Shown here: piece by piece, positions 49,749-58,922 of the stretch
How the letters are laid out: each line of letters opens with the position of its first letter
How positions within the stretch are numbered: the stretch's first letter is position 1
NCBI GenBank assembly: GCA_043798935.1
Contig: JAZDOC010000010.1
Location: 1-59,441, forward strand
Direction of reading: 5' to 3'
Length of the DNA stretch: 59,441 bases
From: Patescibacteria group bacterium
GTDB lineage: Bacteria; Patescibacteriota; Patescibacteriia; UBA9570; JAHJKD01
Notes under the pieces: generated by a model
Told to the model about the DNA's origin: nothing
Databases searched by the model: none
Seen by the model: the letters and a program-made list of their open reading frames with translations, nothing else
Translations under genes and position numbers: made by a program

Positions 49749-49776
49749 AAGCCCACGCCCATAAAGGGCGGGGCTT
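49749..49776 (-). terminator. Hairpin downstream of the rSAM/SPASM gene
   Basis: AAGCCC-A-CGCCC-ATAAA-GGGCG-GGGCTT with an adjacent A-tract. Confidence 0.65.
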
Positions 49777-49797
49777 ATATTGTTATAGAGACGATGA

Positions 49798-50883
49798 TTA
49801 TTTTTTATCTAATTGCTGATAGTGGCACATCTTCGGCTTTTTATGAGTAAAGTCCCAAATATGCATGGAGCCACCTTTGCATTCAGGCCAAAAATCACAT
49901 TTTTTACAATCCACACAAGCAGTGCGATCTGGGTTTCTAAAATATGCAAATTTATTATTCCAAATTTCAGAAAAACGATCTTTCCGAACATTGCCCTGGA
50001 TTAATTCCGGCAACCGAGGGACGTTCGGACAAACGAAAATATCACCATTATGCAATATCGAGCCCGTATTAATGCCGGTATTACAGATAAAGAAATTACG
50101 TCTGACTTCTCTTTCATAATCTAATCCTAAAAAACCAGCACAACCATAAGTGATGTCTACTTTTTTGTTTTGTTTTCTTTTAATTTTAATAAAATCTAAC
50201 AACTGTTTTAATTGTTCTGGGGTAAGAAGAAGTTTATTATTTTCAGCTCTGCCAATCGGATCAATATTCATTACGCGCCATGACGTGATGCCCAGAGGCA
50301 AAAAAGTTTCATACATTTTTTCTAAATTATCTATATTGCCTTGATGAACACTAGTAGTGATTTGCAAATCTTTTAAAAAATCTGCTTTGGCCAGTAGCTT
50401 TACGGCATTAACGGCGTGTTCATAGGCACCAGAAACATTTCTGAAATCGTCATGAATTTTCCCGATCCCATCAATGCTAACAACGACAGTGTCCATTCCT
50501 GATTTCTGCATATTGCACACAACTTGCTCATCAACTAAAAAGCCATTCGTCACCATGCCCCAACTAAAACCCAGCTTTTTTGCATAACTCATAACCTCAA
50601 AAATATCTTGTCTTAGCAATGGCTCCCCGCCGGTTATGGCTATCATAATTTTTTTTGCATCGTAATCCTGTGCTATTTCAAAAAATGTTTTTTTTATTTC
50701 GGCTGTAGTTAATTCGTTGGTATGAACTTTTTTACCGGCATTGCTACCGCAATGAGCACAATAAAAATTACAATTTAAAGTACATTCCCAAAATAAATAA
50801 TTAAGTTTATGTTCTTTTCTTAATTGTTCTTTATATAAAGACCAGGCTCTAAGCTGACCGGTTTTAAGAATCCTTTTTAGCAT
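49798..50883 (-). CDS. Radical SAM/SPASM-domain peptide or protein maturase (TIGR04133-like)
   Basis: LFWECTLNCNFYCAHCGS (CX3CX2C), ITGGEPL, WGMVTNG, SIDG, PIGRA; SPASM domain CNTG..SI..NGDI..CP..QGN..C..C..C. Confidence 0.9.
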   Translation of the reverse strand: MLKRILKTGQLRAWSLYKEQLRKEHKLNYLFWECTLNCNFYCAHCGSNAGKKVHTNELTTAEIKKTFFEIAQDYDAKKIMIAITGGEPLLRQDIFEVMSYAKKLGFSWGMVTNGFLVDEQVVCNMQKSGMDTVVVSIDGIGKIHDDFRNVSGAYEHAVNAVKLLAKADFLKDLQITTSVHQGNIDNLEKMYETFLPLGITSWRVMNIDPIGRAENNKLLLTPEQLKQLLDFIKIKRKQNKKVDITYGCAGFLGLDYEREVRRNFFICNTGINTGSILHNGDIFVCPNVPRLPELIQGNVRKDRFSEIWNNKFAYFRNPDRTACVDCKKCDFWPECKGGSMHIWDFTHKKPKMCHYQQLDKK

Positions 50884-51139
50884 TTGCTTTCTTTCTTCGT
50901 CGTTTACGTTTAATAAAAACGACTAAACCAATTATTAAAGCTGCTAAAATTAATATTGGCAACCCGAAAAACATAATAATTCTAAATATTATTTCGGCTG
51001 GTTCTAGCGACGGATTAACTCCATATGCTAATTGAAACGACGGTGCTTCATTAAAAGATTGCACCATGTCAGTATTAGAGGCTACGGCGCTGTATGCAGA
51101 GGCAAAAAACATGGTTATAAAAGCTAATATTTTTTTCAT
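50864..51139 (-). CDS. Small exported single-pass membrane protein with an AYG motif; probable rSAM substrate
   Basis: Signal peptide (..AVA|S), short ectodomain with QLAYGV, TM helix, KRKRRRKK tail; overlaps the rSAM start by 20 nt. Confidence 0.75.
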   Translation of the reverse strand: MKKILAFITMFFASAYSAVASNTDMVQSFNEAPSFQLAYGVNPSLEPAEIIFRIIMFFGLPILILAALIIGLVVFIKRKRRRKKANAKKDS

Positions 51140-51162
51140 ATTTTTACTATATCATAATCAAT

Positions 51163-51858
51163 CTATTTTCTCAAATAATGCTGCCTTTTTGATTCTGGCA
51201 ATTTTTCAATAGCATATCTTAGCATTGTGCGCGGCATGGTCTTATAATTTCTATTTAAATATGCTTCCAATAATTTTTGATCATGTTTTCCGGCTTCTCG
51301 GAGCATCCAGCCTACAGCTTTGTGAATTAAATCATGCTGATCGTGAAGCAAAATATCAGCTAGCTTAATGATGTCTGTAAAATCTTTTTCTCTGATAAAA
51401 GCCAAGCACGTAATCATGGCAATACGCTTCTTCCATAAGTGATTAGATTTAGCAAACTGATATAAAATTTTGCGATCTTTATTTAATAAATAATCACCCA
51501 CAATATGCGGACAAGTGACATCTACCAAATCCCAATTATTAATATTATTATAATTTTTAATGTATAAATTATAAATATCCGTCTTTAATTTTGCATCGGC
51601 TTTTTTATATTTATAAACTAAAATTAAAAGACCGGTCATGCGGTATTCATGAAACTTTCCGTTTAACATTATTTGAACGTCGTTTAACGATAGAGACATG
51701 TATTTTTTTGCCAAAACACGCAACTGTGGCACTTTAAGCCCTAAAAAAATATCTCCTTCGCCATATTCGCCTTTTGCGGTTTTAAAAAAACGCTGTAATA
51801 ATTTTGCCTGATTAGGATTAGCTAATTTTTGTAAATTATTTTGTAATTCTTTTAGCAT
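51163..51858 (-). CDS. DNA alkylation repair protein (AlkD-like)
   Basis: FFKT..GEYGEGD.FLG..VP, NNWDLVD, LIHKAVGWMLRE.GK, MPRTMLRYAIE. Confidence 0.93.
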   Translation of the reverse strand: MLKELQNNLQKLANPNQAKLLQRFFKTAKGEYGEGDIFLGLKVPQLRVLAKKYMSLSLNDVQIMLNGKFHEYRMTGLLILVYKYKKADAKLKTDIYNLYIKNYNNINNWDLVDVTCPHIVGDYLLNKDRKILYQFAKSNHLWKKRIAMITCLAFIREKDFTDIIKLADILLHDQHDLIHKAVGWMLREAGKHDQKLLEAYLNRNYKTMPRTMLRYAIEKLPESKRQHYLRK

Positions 51859-51865
51859 GGTTTTT

Positions 51866-53059
51866 TTAATTAATAATAGAATTTCCGGCTACAAAGCCAG
51901 TGCTCCAGCACATTTGTAAATTATATCCACCGGTCTCGCCGTCAATATCAAGCACTTCGCCGGCAAAATAAATATTTTTATCTAATTTAGACCTCATGGT
52001 TTTAGGATCCACTTCTTTTAAACTTACTCCACCACGGGTTACCATGGCTCTACTAAAATCACCCAGCCCTTTAAAAGACAAGGGGAAAGATTTTAATGAA
52101 TTAACAATCTTTTTTCTTTGAATTTTAGTAATTTGCTGGCATTTAGTTTCTAGGTTAATGCTTATATTATTTAACATTACTAAAATAACTTTCTCCGGAA
52201 GCAAATAACTTAAAATATTTTTAATATTTTTCTGTTTATATTTCTCAAACAATTCTTGTAAATCTTTATGTAAAACAGCTAGTTCTTTATCCGGAAAAAA
52301 ATCCAATTGCAATTTAATATTTTTATTTTCTTTTAAACTACTAATATCACGACTTAAGTTTAAAATCATGGGCCCACTAAGCCCAAAATGAGTAAATAAT
52401 AATTCACCGACGCTGGTTATTATATTTCTATTATTTTGTACAACTTTAATTTTAACATTGTCGAAACCAAGCCCGCTTAATTGCTTAAGCCAGGCGTCGT
52501 TTAAAATAATTGGGGTTAATACTGGTTGCGGTGAAATAATGGTATGCCCCAATGCTTTTGCCCACGCATAGCCATCACCTGTCGAGCCAAGTACTGGGTA
52601 TGATTTACCCCCAGTGGCAATAATAATTTTTTTTGCTTTTATTTCCTTAAGATTTTTTATAACCGAGTTAAGTTTAATTTCAACTTTATGTTTTTTTAAT
52701 TCTGTCAATAATTTATCGCGCACTTCGTGAGCATTGTTTGAAATTGGGAAAATTTTCCCAGTGCTTTCAGTTTTAGTTTTAATGCCCAGCTCGTTAAAAA
52801 AAGCGATTGTTTCTTCGGGCCCGAATATATTAAAAGCTGAATATAGAAATTTACTGTTCATGCCGTAGCTTTTTAAAAATTTAGTTGTGTTAAATTCGTC
52901 GTGAGTAAGATTGCATCGGCCACCACCAGTTAAAAGCAGTTTTTTACCCAGCTCATTATTTTTTTCAATTAACACAACTCTCTTATTATTTTTCACAGCG
53001 CTAATAGCGGCCATAATCCCAGCCGGACCGCCACCAATTACTGCTGTGTCGTAATCCAT
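51866..53059 (-). CDS. HI0933/YhiN-family flavoprotein
   Basis: IGGGPAG, GKKLLLTGGGRCN, ATGGKSYP..GSTGDGY, FTHFGLSGP, GGYNLQ. Confidence 0.93.
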   Translation of the reverse strand: MDYDTAVIGGGPAGIMAAISAVKNNKRVVLIEKNNELGKKLLLTGGGRCNLTHDEFNTTKFLKSYGMNSKFLYSAFNIFGPEETIAFFNELGIKTKTESTGKIFPISNNAHEVRDKLLTELKKHKVEIKLNSVIKNLKEIKAKKIIIATGGKSYPVLGSTGDGYAWAKALGHTIISPQPVLTPIILNDAWLKQLSGLGFDNVKIKVVQNNRNIITSVGELLFTHFGLSGPMILNLSRDISSLKENKNIKLQLDFFPDKELAVLHKDLQELFEKYKQKNIKNILSYLLPEKVILVMLNNISINLETKCQQITKIQRKKIVNSLKSFPLSFKGLGDFSRAMVTRGGVSLKEVDPKTMRSKLDKNIYFAGEVLDIDGETGGYNLQMCWSTGFVAGNSIIN

Positions 53060-53062
53060 AAG

Positions 53063-53581
53063 TTAAACATTTTTATTTTTAAACTGCTGAGCAAAGTTTT
53101 CTGTGGGTTGCACTAACCATGGGCATTTATTGTTTTTGCCAACCCCAATAAACTCGGCACAAAAGTCGGGTTGATGGCAAGATGATTGTTTTTGCCATAA
53201 AACCGCGGTGCGAATGTGCGCTGATTTAATACCAAATTTTTCATTCAACCAAACTTTGGCTTCTTGGAGTGTGACGCCTGAATCAGCCATGTCGTCGACT
53301 AATAAAATATTTTCTTTTTTTAATTCATCCAAACAACTAATGTATTTACTAAAAACAATTTTTGCCGGCCGAGTAGAGCCGTCGGCATAACTGGATGCGA
53401 AAAAAACAGCCAGCGGTAAGCGCAAAGACCGCGCCATAATTTCCCCGGGAATCAATCCACCCCGAGCAATGCAAATAATTTGCTGGGGTGCATATTTTTT
53501 TATTTTTATTTCTTCCAGCAATTTTTCAATTAACTTTAAATACTGCTCCCAACTAATAATTATTTTCTCGGGCTCATCCAT
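53063..53581 (-). CDS. Purine-type phosphoribosyltransferase
   Basis: IARGG; PRPP loop ILLVDDMADSGVTL. Confidence 0.88.
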   Translation of the reverse strand: MDEPEKIIISWEQYLKLIEKLLEEIKIKKYAPQQIICIARGGLIPGEIMARSLRLPLAVFFASSYADGSTRPAKIVFSKYISCLDELKKENILLVDDMADSGVTLQEAKVWLNEKFGIKSAHIRTAVLWQKQSSCHQPDFCAEFIGVGKNNKCPWLVQPTENFAQQFKNKNV

Positions 53582-53596
53582 AATTAATTTTTTTAT

Positions 53597-54067
53597 TTAA
53601 ACTTCAGCTACTAGGACAGTATAATTTTTACCATAGTGTTTGGCACACTTGGGGCAAGTGGTATACCACATATACATTTTTTTCAAGCTTAAATTTTGAT
53701 CTTTAACATATTGTTCAAAGTCTTTACACCAGATGCCTGTATCTTTAAAATTGCCTTCGTAAACTTTACTTATATATTTTCCGTTTAAGGTAACATTTTC
53801 AGCTCCGGGAATTTCTTTATCAACAGCTAAATAGATATCCATACTCCATTTAGAAACATGGTCGCTTAAACATAAATAATCAGTTGCTTTTCCACCAGCC
53901 GTTTCCACTTGTTTCATTAGTTTGGTAATAACTGATCCGAAATTAATGGGCATAAAAAACAAAGTAAATACTTTAGCTTTAATGAATTTTTTATTTTCCC
54001 AGTTAAAAGTTTTTTTGTCCCATGGTTCAGGATTGAATTTAGGACAGCAATTTGTTTCGTTTGTCAT
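53597..54067 (-). CDS. Conserved small protein ('bacterial hydrolase'/GyrI-like)
   Basis: CCPKFNP.PWD, SKVYEG, YTTCPKCAK.YGKNY.V. Confidence 0.75.
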   Translation of the reverse strand: MTNETNCCPKFNPEPWDKKTFNWENKKFIKAKVFTLFFMPINFGSVITKLMKQVETAGGKATDYLCLSDHVSKWSMDIYLAVDKEIPGAENVTLNGKYISKVYEGNFKDTGIWCKDFEQYVKDQNLSLKKMYMWYTTCPKCAKHYGKNYTVLVAEV

Positions 54068-54146
54068 AATTTCTTGATTTATATTTTTTAAATTAATTTT
54101 AATAAATTCTAATTAATTTTAATTAGTTTCAATTATTCTTATGTAA

Positions 54147-54464
54147 TTAATACAATAAGCTAAAAATAATTATTATTTTGGCAATAATGAGCAATAAAAA
54201 CAAAAACGTCCAGGCTAAAACATAAAGAGCTTTTTTAACTTCTTTATTAATAACCAGATACAACGGATAGCCAAAAACAGTTAATCCGCAAATGGCAGCC
54301 GATAGCACTAGCAGCATAAGCATGATAGACATGGCAAAAATCATGTTTTCCGAGTCTGGCGCAAAATTATCCATTACCCAAAAAAACCCGGCAATTAATA
54401 AGCAATAAACGCTTACTCCTACAGCTTGGACTAAACCAATAAGTAAATTTTGAAATTTTTTCAT
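54147..54464 (-). CDS. Small 3-TM membrane protein
   Basis: Three hydrophobic segments; LSAAICG..VFGYP. Confidence 0.75.
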   Translation of the reverse strand: MKKFQNLLIGLVQAVGVSVYCLLIAGFFWVMDNFAPDSENMIFAMSIMLMLLVLSAAICGLTVFGYPLYLVINKEVKKALYVLAWTFLFLLLIIAKIIIIFSLLY

Positions 54465-54516
54465 ATATTTATTAATATTATTAATTTTCTCTATTATAGC
54501 AAATTCAGAAAAAATA

Positions 54517-54546
54517 AATACCCCACTACTGGTTATGTGGGGTATT
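54517..54546 (-). terminator. Hairpin terminator after the padR operon
   Basis: AATACCCCAC...GTGGGGTATT. Confidence 0.65.
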
Positions 54547-54586
54547 GGAATATTTAAGCGAAAAGATTATTTTACAAACAATCCAG

Positions 54587-56209
54587 TTATTTTAATTCCA
54601 CTAAATATACATCACTTGTGTCGTAAGCACCGTTATTAAAATGAAGGAGCGCCCAATTATTATCTTCGGAAATTAAAATATTATTTAACTGCGGCCAACC
54701 GTCGCCAGTGGAATAAATCAGCCTATCATTAACATAGAGCATACTGCATGCCCGTGGAGCTTCTAGATGATTTTCCGGAATCCAATTTATATCTGATATA
54801 ATACAATTTACTCGAGAATTATCGAATCCCGAATAAGCACTAGTCCAATCCATTAATTTATTATCCACTTTAGCTTGCTTTATTAATTGATAATCATTAA
54901 CATTTTTGATTCCAGTTAAAATAAATCGTTTCCCTGAATTTTGGTCAATAATAAAATTACTTTTATCCGAGCCCTGGCTAACACTGTAATAAAATGCCTT
55001 ACCTTCATCAGCGTTTATATAATTAATAAACTTTGCAAATATGCTAAATTGAGAGTGCACAATTTTTTCGGAAACATGGTTGTTTGCGACATTGAAATCA
55101 ATATTATTAATTTCAAATACAGGCGGAAAGAACAATGAACCTAATGTAAAAATGCATAATAATAAAGCCAGGCCCGGAAAATTATAGTGGCTGTTTTTTA
55201 TAATACGCTTTTTAATAAATCCCATAATATGAAAAACACTTAATAAAGCAGCTACTGAATAAATAGCAATTAACGCCCACTGGGCAATCAGCACATTAAA
55301 AATTATTCCAAATAAAATTGTAAAAATTACATTTAAAATAAAATTCAATAAGATTGGAAATCCGAGTAACGATATATGGCCCATATTTAAATATAAACCC
55401 GAATAAAATAAATACGGCGCTAAAAAATAAATAATCAACCATAAAAAAACTACTACATAAATTGAGTAAGTTGCAGTTTTAATGATAATATTTTTGTTCA
55501 ATTGTCGTACCTGGTTTAATTGCCAAGTTTTTGCAATTATATAATAGTTAATTATTATTAATAATATATATTTCAAAACTACGGCTGATTCCGGCAGAAC
55601 AATGTTGTTAATTATTTCTGCAATTGGTAAATCATGAGTTTTTACAGATATAATTGCATCGAACATGCTAAAAAGAACCAACCCAACAACAAAATGAAAA
55701 AGCAACAGAATAATAGGCGTTGCTAAAATATAAAATATTATTTTTCTATGCAATTCATTTTTGACGGTTATTAATGAATTTTGAAAATTAACACTTATAA
55801 TAAAATAAAATATACTTATAATTATAACTTGAATTAGCATGCTTAACCATCCAAAATTATGATTTATTAGATCTATGTCAGAACGGCTAATTACATCATC
55901 TAGTCCGATTGATAAAAAATACGAAAACACGAAAACCAGCACAGAAATAATATTAATTATAATTATATCTCTAATTAAATGTGGTTTATAAATTTTTTCC
56001 ATAATGTGGTTAAAATTATCGGCCAGATATTTACACTTACCTAATTCATTAGATATGTCATCATGATTATCGTCTTTGCCAGAAAGCTGCAAATTGCATT
56101 GATAATCGTCATAATGATCGGACAGTTCTTTTAAATAGCGCTCTTTATAAGAATAATTGTCTAACTCTTGGTTAATTTCAGATAAATATAGTTCTTTTTC
56201 ATTATTCAT
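54587..56209 (-). CDS. Polytopic membrane protein with an N-terminal HAAS/permease-prefix-like domain; PadR partner
   Basis: YL..I...L....YLKEL.DH....ELG N-terminus, many TMs, soluble C-terminal domain; overlaps the padR stop. Confidence 0.7.
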   Translation of the reverse strand: MNNEKELYLSEINQELDNYSYKERYLKELSDHYDDYQCNLQLSGKDDNHDDISNELGKCKYLADNFNHIMEKIYKPHLIRDIIIINIISVLVFVFSYFLSIGLDDVISRSDIDLINHNFGWLSMLIQVIIISIFYFIISVNFQNSLITVKNELHRKIIFYILATPIILLLFHFVVGLVLFSMFDAIISVKTHDLPIAEIINNIVLPESAVVLKYILLIIINYYIIAKTWQLNQVRQLNKNIIIKTATYSIYVVVFLWLIIYFLAPYLFYSGLYLNMGHISLLGFPILLNFILNVIFTILFGIIFNVLIAQWALIAIYSVAALLSVFHIMGFIKKRIIKNSHYNFPGLALLLCIFTLGSLFFPPVFEINNIDFNVANNHVSEKIVHSQFSIFAKFINYINADEGKAFYYSVSQGSDKSNFIIDQNSGKRFILTGIKNVNDYQLIKQAKVDNKLMDWTSAYSGFDNSRVNCIISDINWIPENHLEAPRACSMLYVNDRLIYSTGDGWPQLNNILISEDNNWALLHFNNGAYDTSDVYLVELK

Positions 56210-56540
56210 ATTGGTAAGATAATGTGCCTTTCAAACCAACTTGCACGCGATTTAATTCTTCCACTTGTTCACCGAGCGCTTTTTGCCCCGAAGCAGTTAA
56301 ACGATAATAGCGCCTGATTTTACCACTGGCAACAGTTTTTTCACGGCTTTTTACATAGCCTTTAATCTCTAGCCGATAAAGAAGCGGATAAATTGTACCC
56401 TGGGGAAAATTAAAAATTTGCTGGCTGTTTTTTGCAATGGCTTCGCCCAGTTGGTAACCATAAGCCTCGCCTAAATCGTCTAAGGCTTTAAGCACTACGG
56501 TTTCAGCAATGCCTTTCATAATTTCTTTGGAAAATGACAT
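56202..56540 (-). CDS. PadR-family transcriptional regulator
   Basis: YGYQL, GTIYPLLYRLE..G, RRYYRLT..G. Confidence 0.93.
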   Translation of the reverse strand: MSFSKEIMKGIAETVVLKALDDLGEAYGYQLGEAIAKNSQQIFNFPQGTIYPLLYRLEIKGYVKSREKTVASGKIRRYYRLTASGQKALGEQVEELNRVQVGLKGTLSYQYE

Positions 56541-56638
56541 AAGTTTAATATAATTAAAAATTTACTACTTAATATGTAGCAAATAGTATATAGATAGTCA
56601 ATTATACATGTGGATAAATAAATTAAATATTATTTAAT

Positions 56639-56983
56639 CTATTTTTGATATTCTAAAGCTATGGCTTTTAATGCGTTTACGCCTTGTAAATATTTTGTTT
56701 TAGCGTCGACGCTGTCTGTAGCCATTTTAGAAGCCACTAAAAATCTTTTGATGTAAGTTAACCAATGAATTTCTTCATTATTTGAACAAGTAGCCCTAGT
56801 ATTTTTTGCGTTAACCGAGTTTAAATTAGGAATTGCTTCTGCATCGCCGGCAAAATTACATAAATCATTATAGATATTTTCACGGGTAAAATAAATTTCA
56901 TCCATCTTACGATATTCTATTTTCTTAGCGCCAATTTTATCTTTCAATGATTCCAGGCCCTGCTCCAGCTCGGCTGCTGACAA
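56639..56983 (-). CDS. Hypothetical protein (start uncertain)
   Basis: 114-aa ORF from TTG; frame stays open about 21 codons further upstream without an ATG. Confidence 0.5.
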   Translation of the reverse strand: MSAAELEQGLESLKDKIGAKKIEYRKMDEIYFTRENIYNDLCNFAGDAEAIPNLNSVNAKNTRATCSNNEEIHWLTYIKRFLVASKMATDSVDAKTKYLQGVNALKAIALEYQK

Positions 56984-57180
56984 GTCTCTACTTTTCGTTC
57001 CGACATTTAAAGATTCGATATATTTCCAAATATATCTTCTGCCTCTCTAACATTTTTTAATGATAAATCAATACATTATTTTGTATTTATCATTAAATCC
57101 TGTAAAATTAATACATTAATAAAAGCTTGCATAGAATACATATAAATTTATCATTTATTTAAATATTTAACAATTTCAAA

Positions 57181-58872
57181 ATGAAAAAATATTTCTATTT
57201 ATTACTTATAACAATTGGCTTTTTTACAATTACTAATCAAGCTTTGGCTGAAACTACATTAAACGGACAACTCAGAGAAATAAAGGGCGATATTTTAACC
57301 GACGCGCAAAGCCAAGTGATTTTATATTGTGCTGACCACCAAGAATCTAAAAGCACTGAAATTAATATTGAAGATGGAACATTCACAGTTCGTGTCGACG
57401 GCGATTGCCTGTATGAGTTAACATTTACAGATTTTGACATCAATGAAACTGATATCTATTTAAGAAACTATGAAACAGTATCAATGGATTTTTATATTCC
57501 AGCCACACAAACTTTAGGATCGGTTATGGGAACATTGATGAATAATGATGAAATGGCAATTAATGAAAATGTAAATTTGCGATCTAACCAAATAGAGGCT
57601 AATCAATATGACTTTGAAACCGCTACCAATGAAAACGGCCAATTTACTTTTACCGTGCCGGCCGGTAGTTACGATTTGTCCATACCCAGTTTTTCTCTGA
57701 CAAATAATTATAAAAATATTGAAATTACGGCTAATGAAACGTTGGATTTAGAAACAATTACAAATACTAATGCTGATAGAGGCACTCAGATTTATTTATT
57801 AAAAGAAAAGGATGGCGAGATAAAATATTTAAAAGCCGACTCCGGAACACTAGTTGGCGTTTCTGAATCTGGTCTTTATGTAACAACTTCACTAACAAAT
57901 GATAAATACAAAATTAGTGGCTTGGATTTATCAGCTGGCGAAAACTGGACAATAAAAATTGCAGCCGTGTCTGATAATGTTTTATATTACGGCGCTACTT
58001 CAATAACTAACAGTAAATTAAAACAATATCTGGTATTAGACGCCATTTATGATGGCACAAACAATGAAGACCATACTATTAACGATTATTATCAAGTTAA
58101 CGAAGATAACACGATAACGTTAGATGACGGCAGTGAAATATTTTTGCCGGCATATTCTTTGGGAACCGAAGGCGAAATTAATCTGCGTATTAAAAAAATA
58201 ACGGCTGTTGATGGAGAATATTTTCCGACTAATGGCTATTATTACAAAGCTTCGATAGACGGAGCAGATGAATTGCAATATTTAAATTTATACGCCACTT
58301 ATTCTATTGTAGAGCAGATCATTCCAGATGTGGCTGATAATGTTACCACTGATTCGGGCTATCACCCCATGCTCGAAGAAAGCGCCAGGCGGTGGTCAAA
58401 TTTATCTGATTATTTTACTGACGAGACCGGCGAAAACAATACTATAACTTTTAGCACTGCCAAACTTAGCAGTTTTGGATTAATGACTAGCTTGTTATCT
58501 GATACCCAAGAGCCATCTAAAAAAACTCAAGCTAATCTTCTTACTGCTTATAAGCTAGAAAAAGTTTCAAAATTAAAAGTAGAGAAAATCAAGAAAATTA
58601 TAAACGGAAAAAATAAAAATAAAACAAAATTTTCAGCTAGCTGGAAAAAAGTTAGCGACACAAATTATTATCAGTTGGAAATCATTAAAAAAAATATAAA
58701 AACCAGAACATCTACAACCATTAAAACATATAAAATTTCTTCTTCCAAAAAAACCACTGCTCCACACAAAACTTACTATCTTAAAACCAATAAAAAATAC
58801 AAGTACTATGCCCGCACCAGAGCAGTAGCAAAAATATTTGGTCCTTATAGCAAAAAAGTGTTGTTCCAGTAA
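57181..58872 (+). CDS. Secreted multi-Ig/prealbumin-like protein with a Lys-rich Fn3-like C-terminal domain
   Basis: Signal peptide ..QALA|E; TNENGQFTF.VPAGSYDL; acidic body and basic tail. Confidence 0.8.
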   Translation: MKKYFYLLLITIGFFTITNQALAETTLNGQLREIKGDILTDAQSQVILYCADHQESKSTEINIEDGTFTVRVDGDCLYELTFTDFDINETDIYLRNYETVSMDFYIPATQTLGSVMGTLMNNDEMAINENVNLRSNQIEANQYDFETATNENGQFTFTVPAGSYDLSIPSFSLTNNYKNIEITANETLDLETITNTNADRGTQIYLLKEKDGEIKYLKADSGTLVGVSESGLYVTTSLTNDKYKISGLDLSAGENWTIKIAAVSDNVLYYGATSITNSKLKQYLVLDAIYDGTNNEDHTINDYYQVNEDNTITLDDGSEIFLPAYSLGTEGEINLRIKKITAVDGEYFPTNGYYYKASIDGADELQYLNLYATYSIVEQIIPDVADNVTTDSGYHPMLEESARRWSNLSDYFTDETGENNTITFSTAKLSSFGLMTSLLSDTQEPSKKTQANLLTAYKLEKVSKLKVEKIKKIINGKNKNKTKFSASWKKVSDTNYYQLEIIKKNIKTRTSTTIKTYKISSSKKTTAPHKTYYLKTNKKYKYYARTRAVAKIFGPYSKKVLFQ

Positions 58873-58889
58873 ACAAAACTAAATTCTAT

Positions 58890-58922
58890 AAAAAATACCC
58901 GGACTAATCCAGGTATTTTTTT
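58890..58922. terminator. Bidirectional intrinsic terminator
   Basis: A6-TACCCGGA-CTAA-TCCAGGTA-T7. Confidence 0.75.

Noticed and set aside
56560-56617. Possible PadR operator and one perfect DnaA box (TGTGGATAA, 56609-56617)
   Set aside because: The palindrome is too degenerate in AT-rich DNA, and a lone DnaA box is uninformative
56984-57053. Possible frameshifted 5' end of the 114-aa ORF (ATG at 57053 in another frame)
   Set aside because: No homolog knowledge to separate a pseudogene from an alternative start
1190-57443. Many 60-127 aa ORFs in the track that lie antisense to, or nested in, long genes (e.g. 12502..12885, 25146..25463, 34751..35059, 48823..49167)
   Set aside because: Shadow frames of well-supported genes with no motifs of their own
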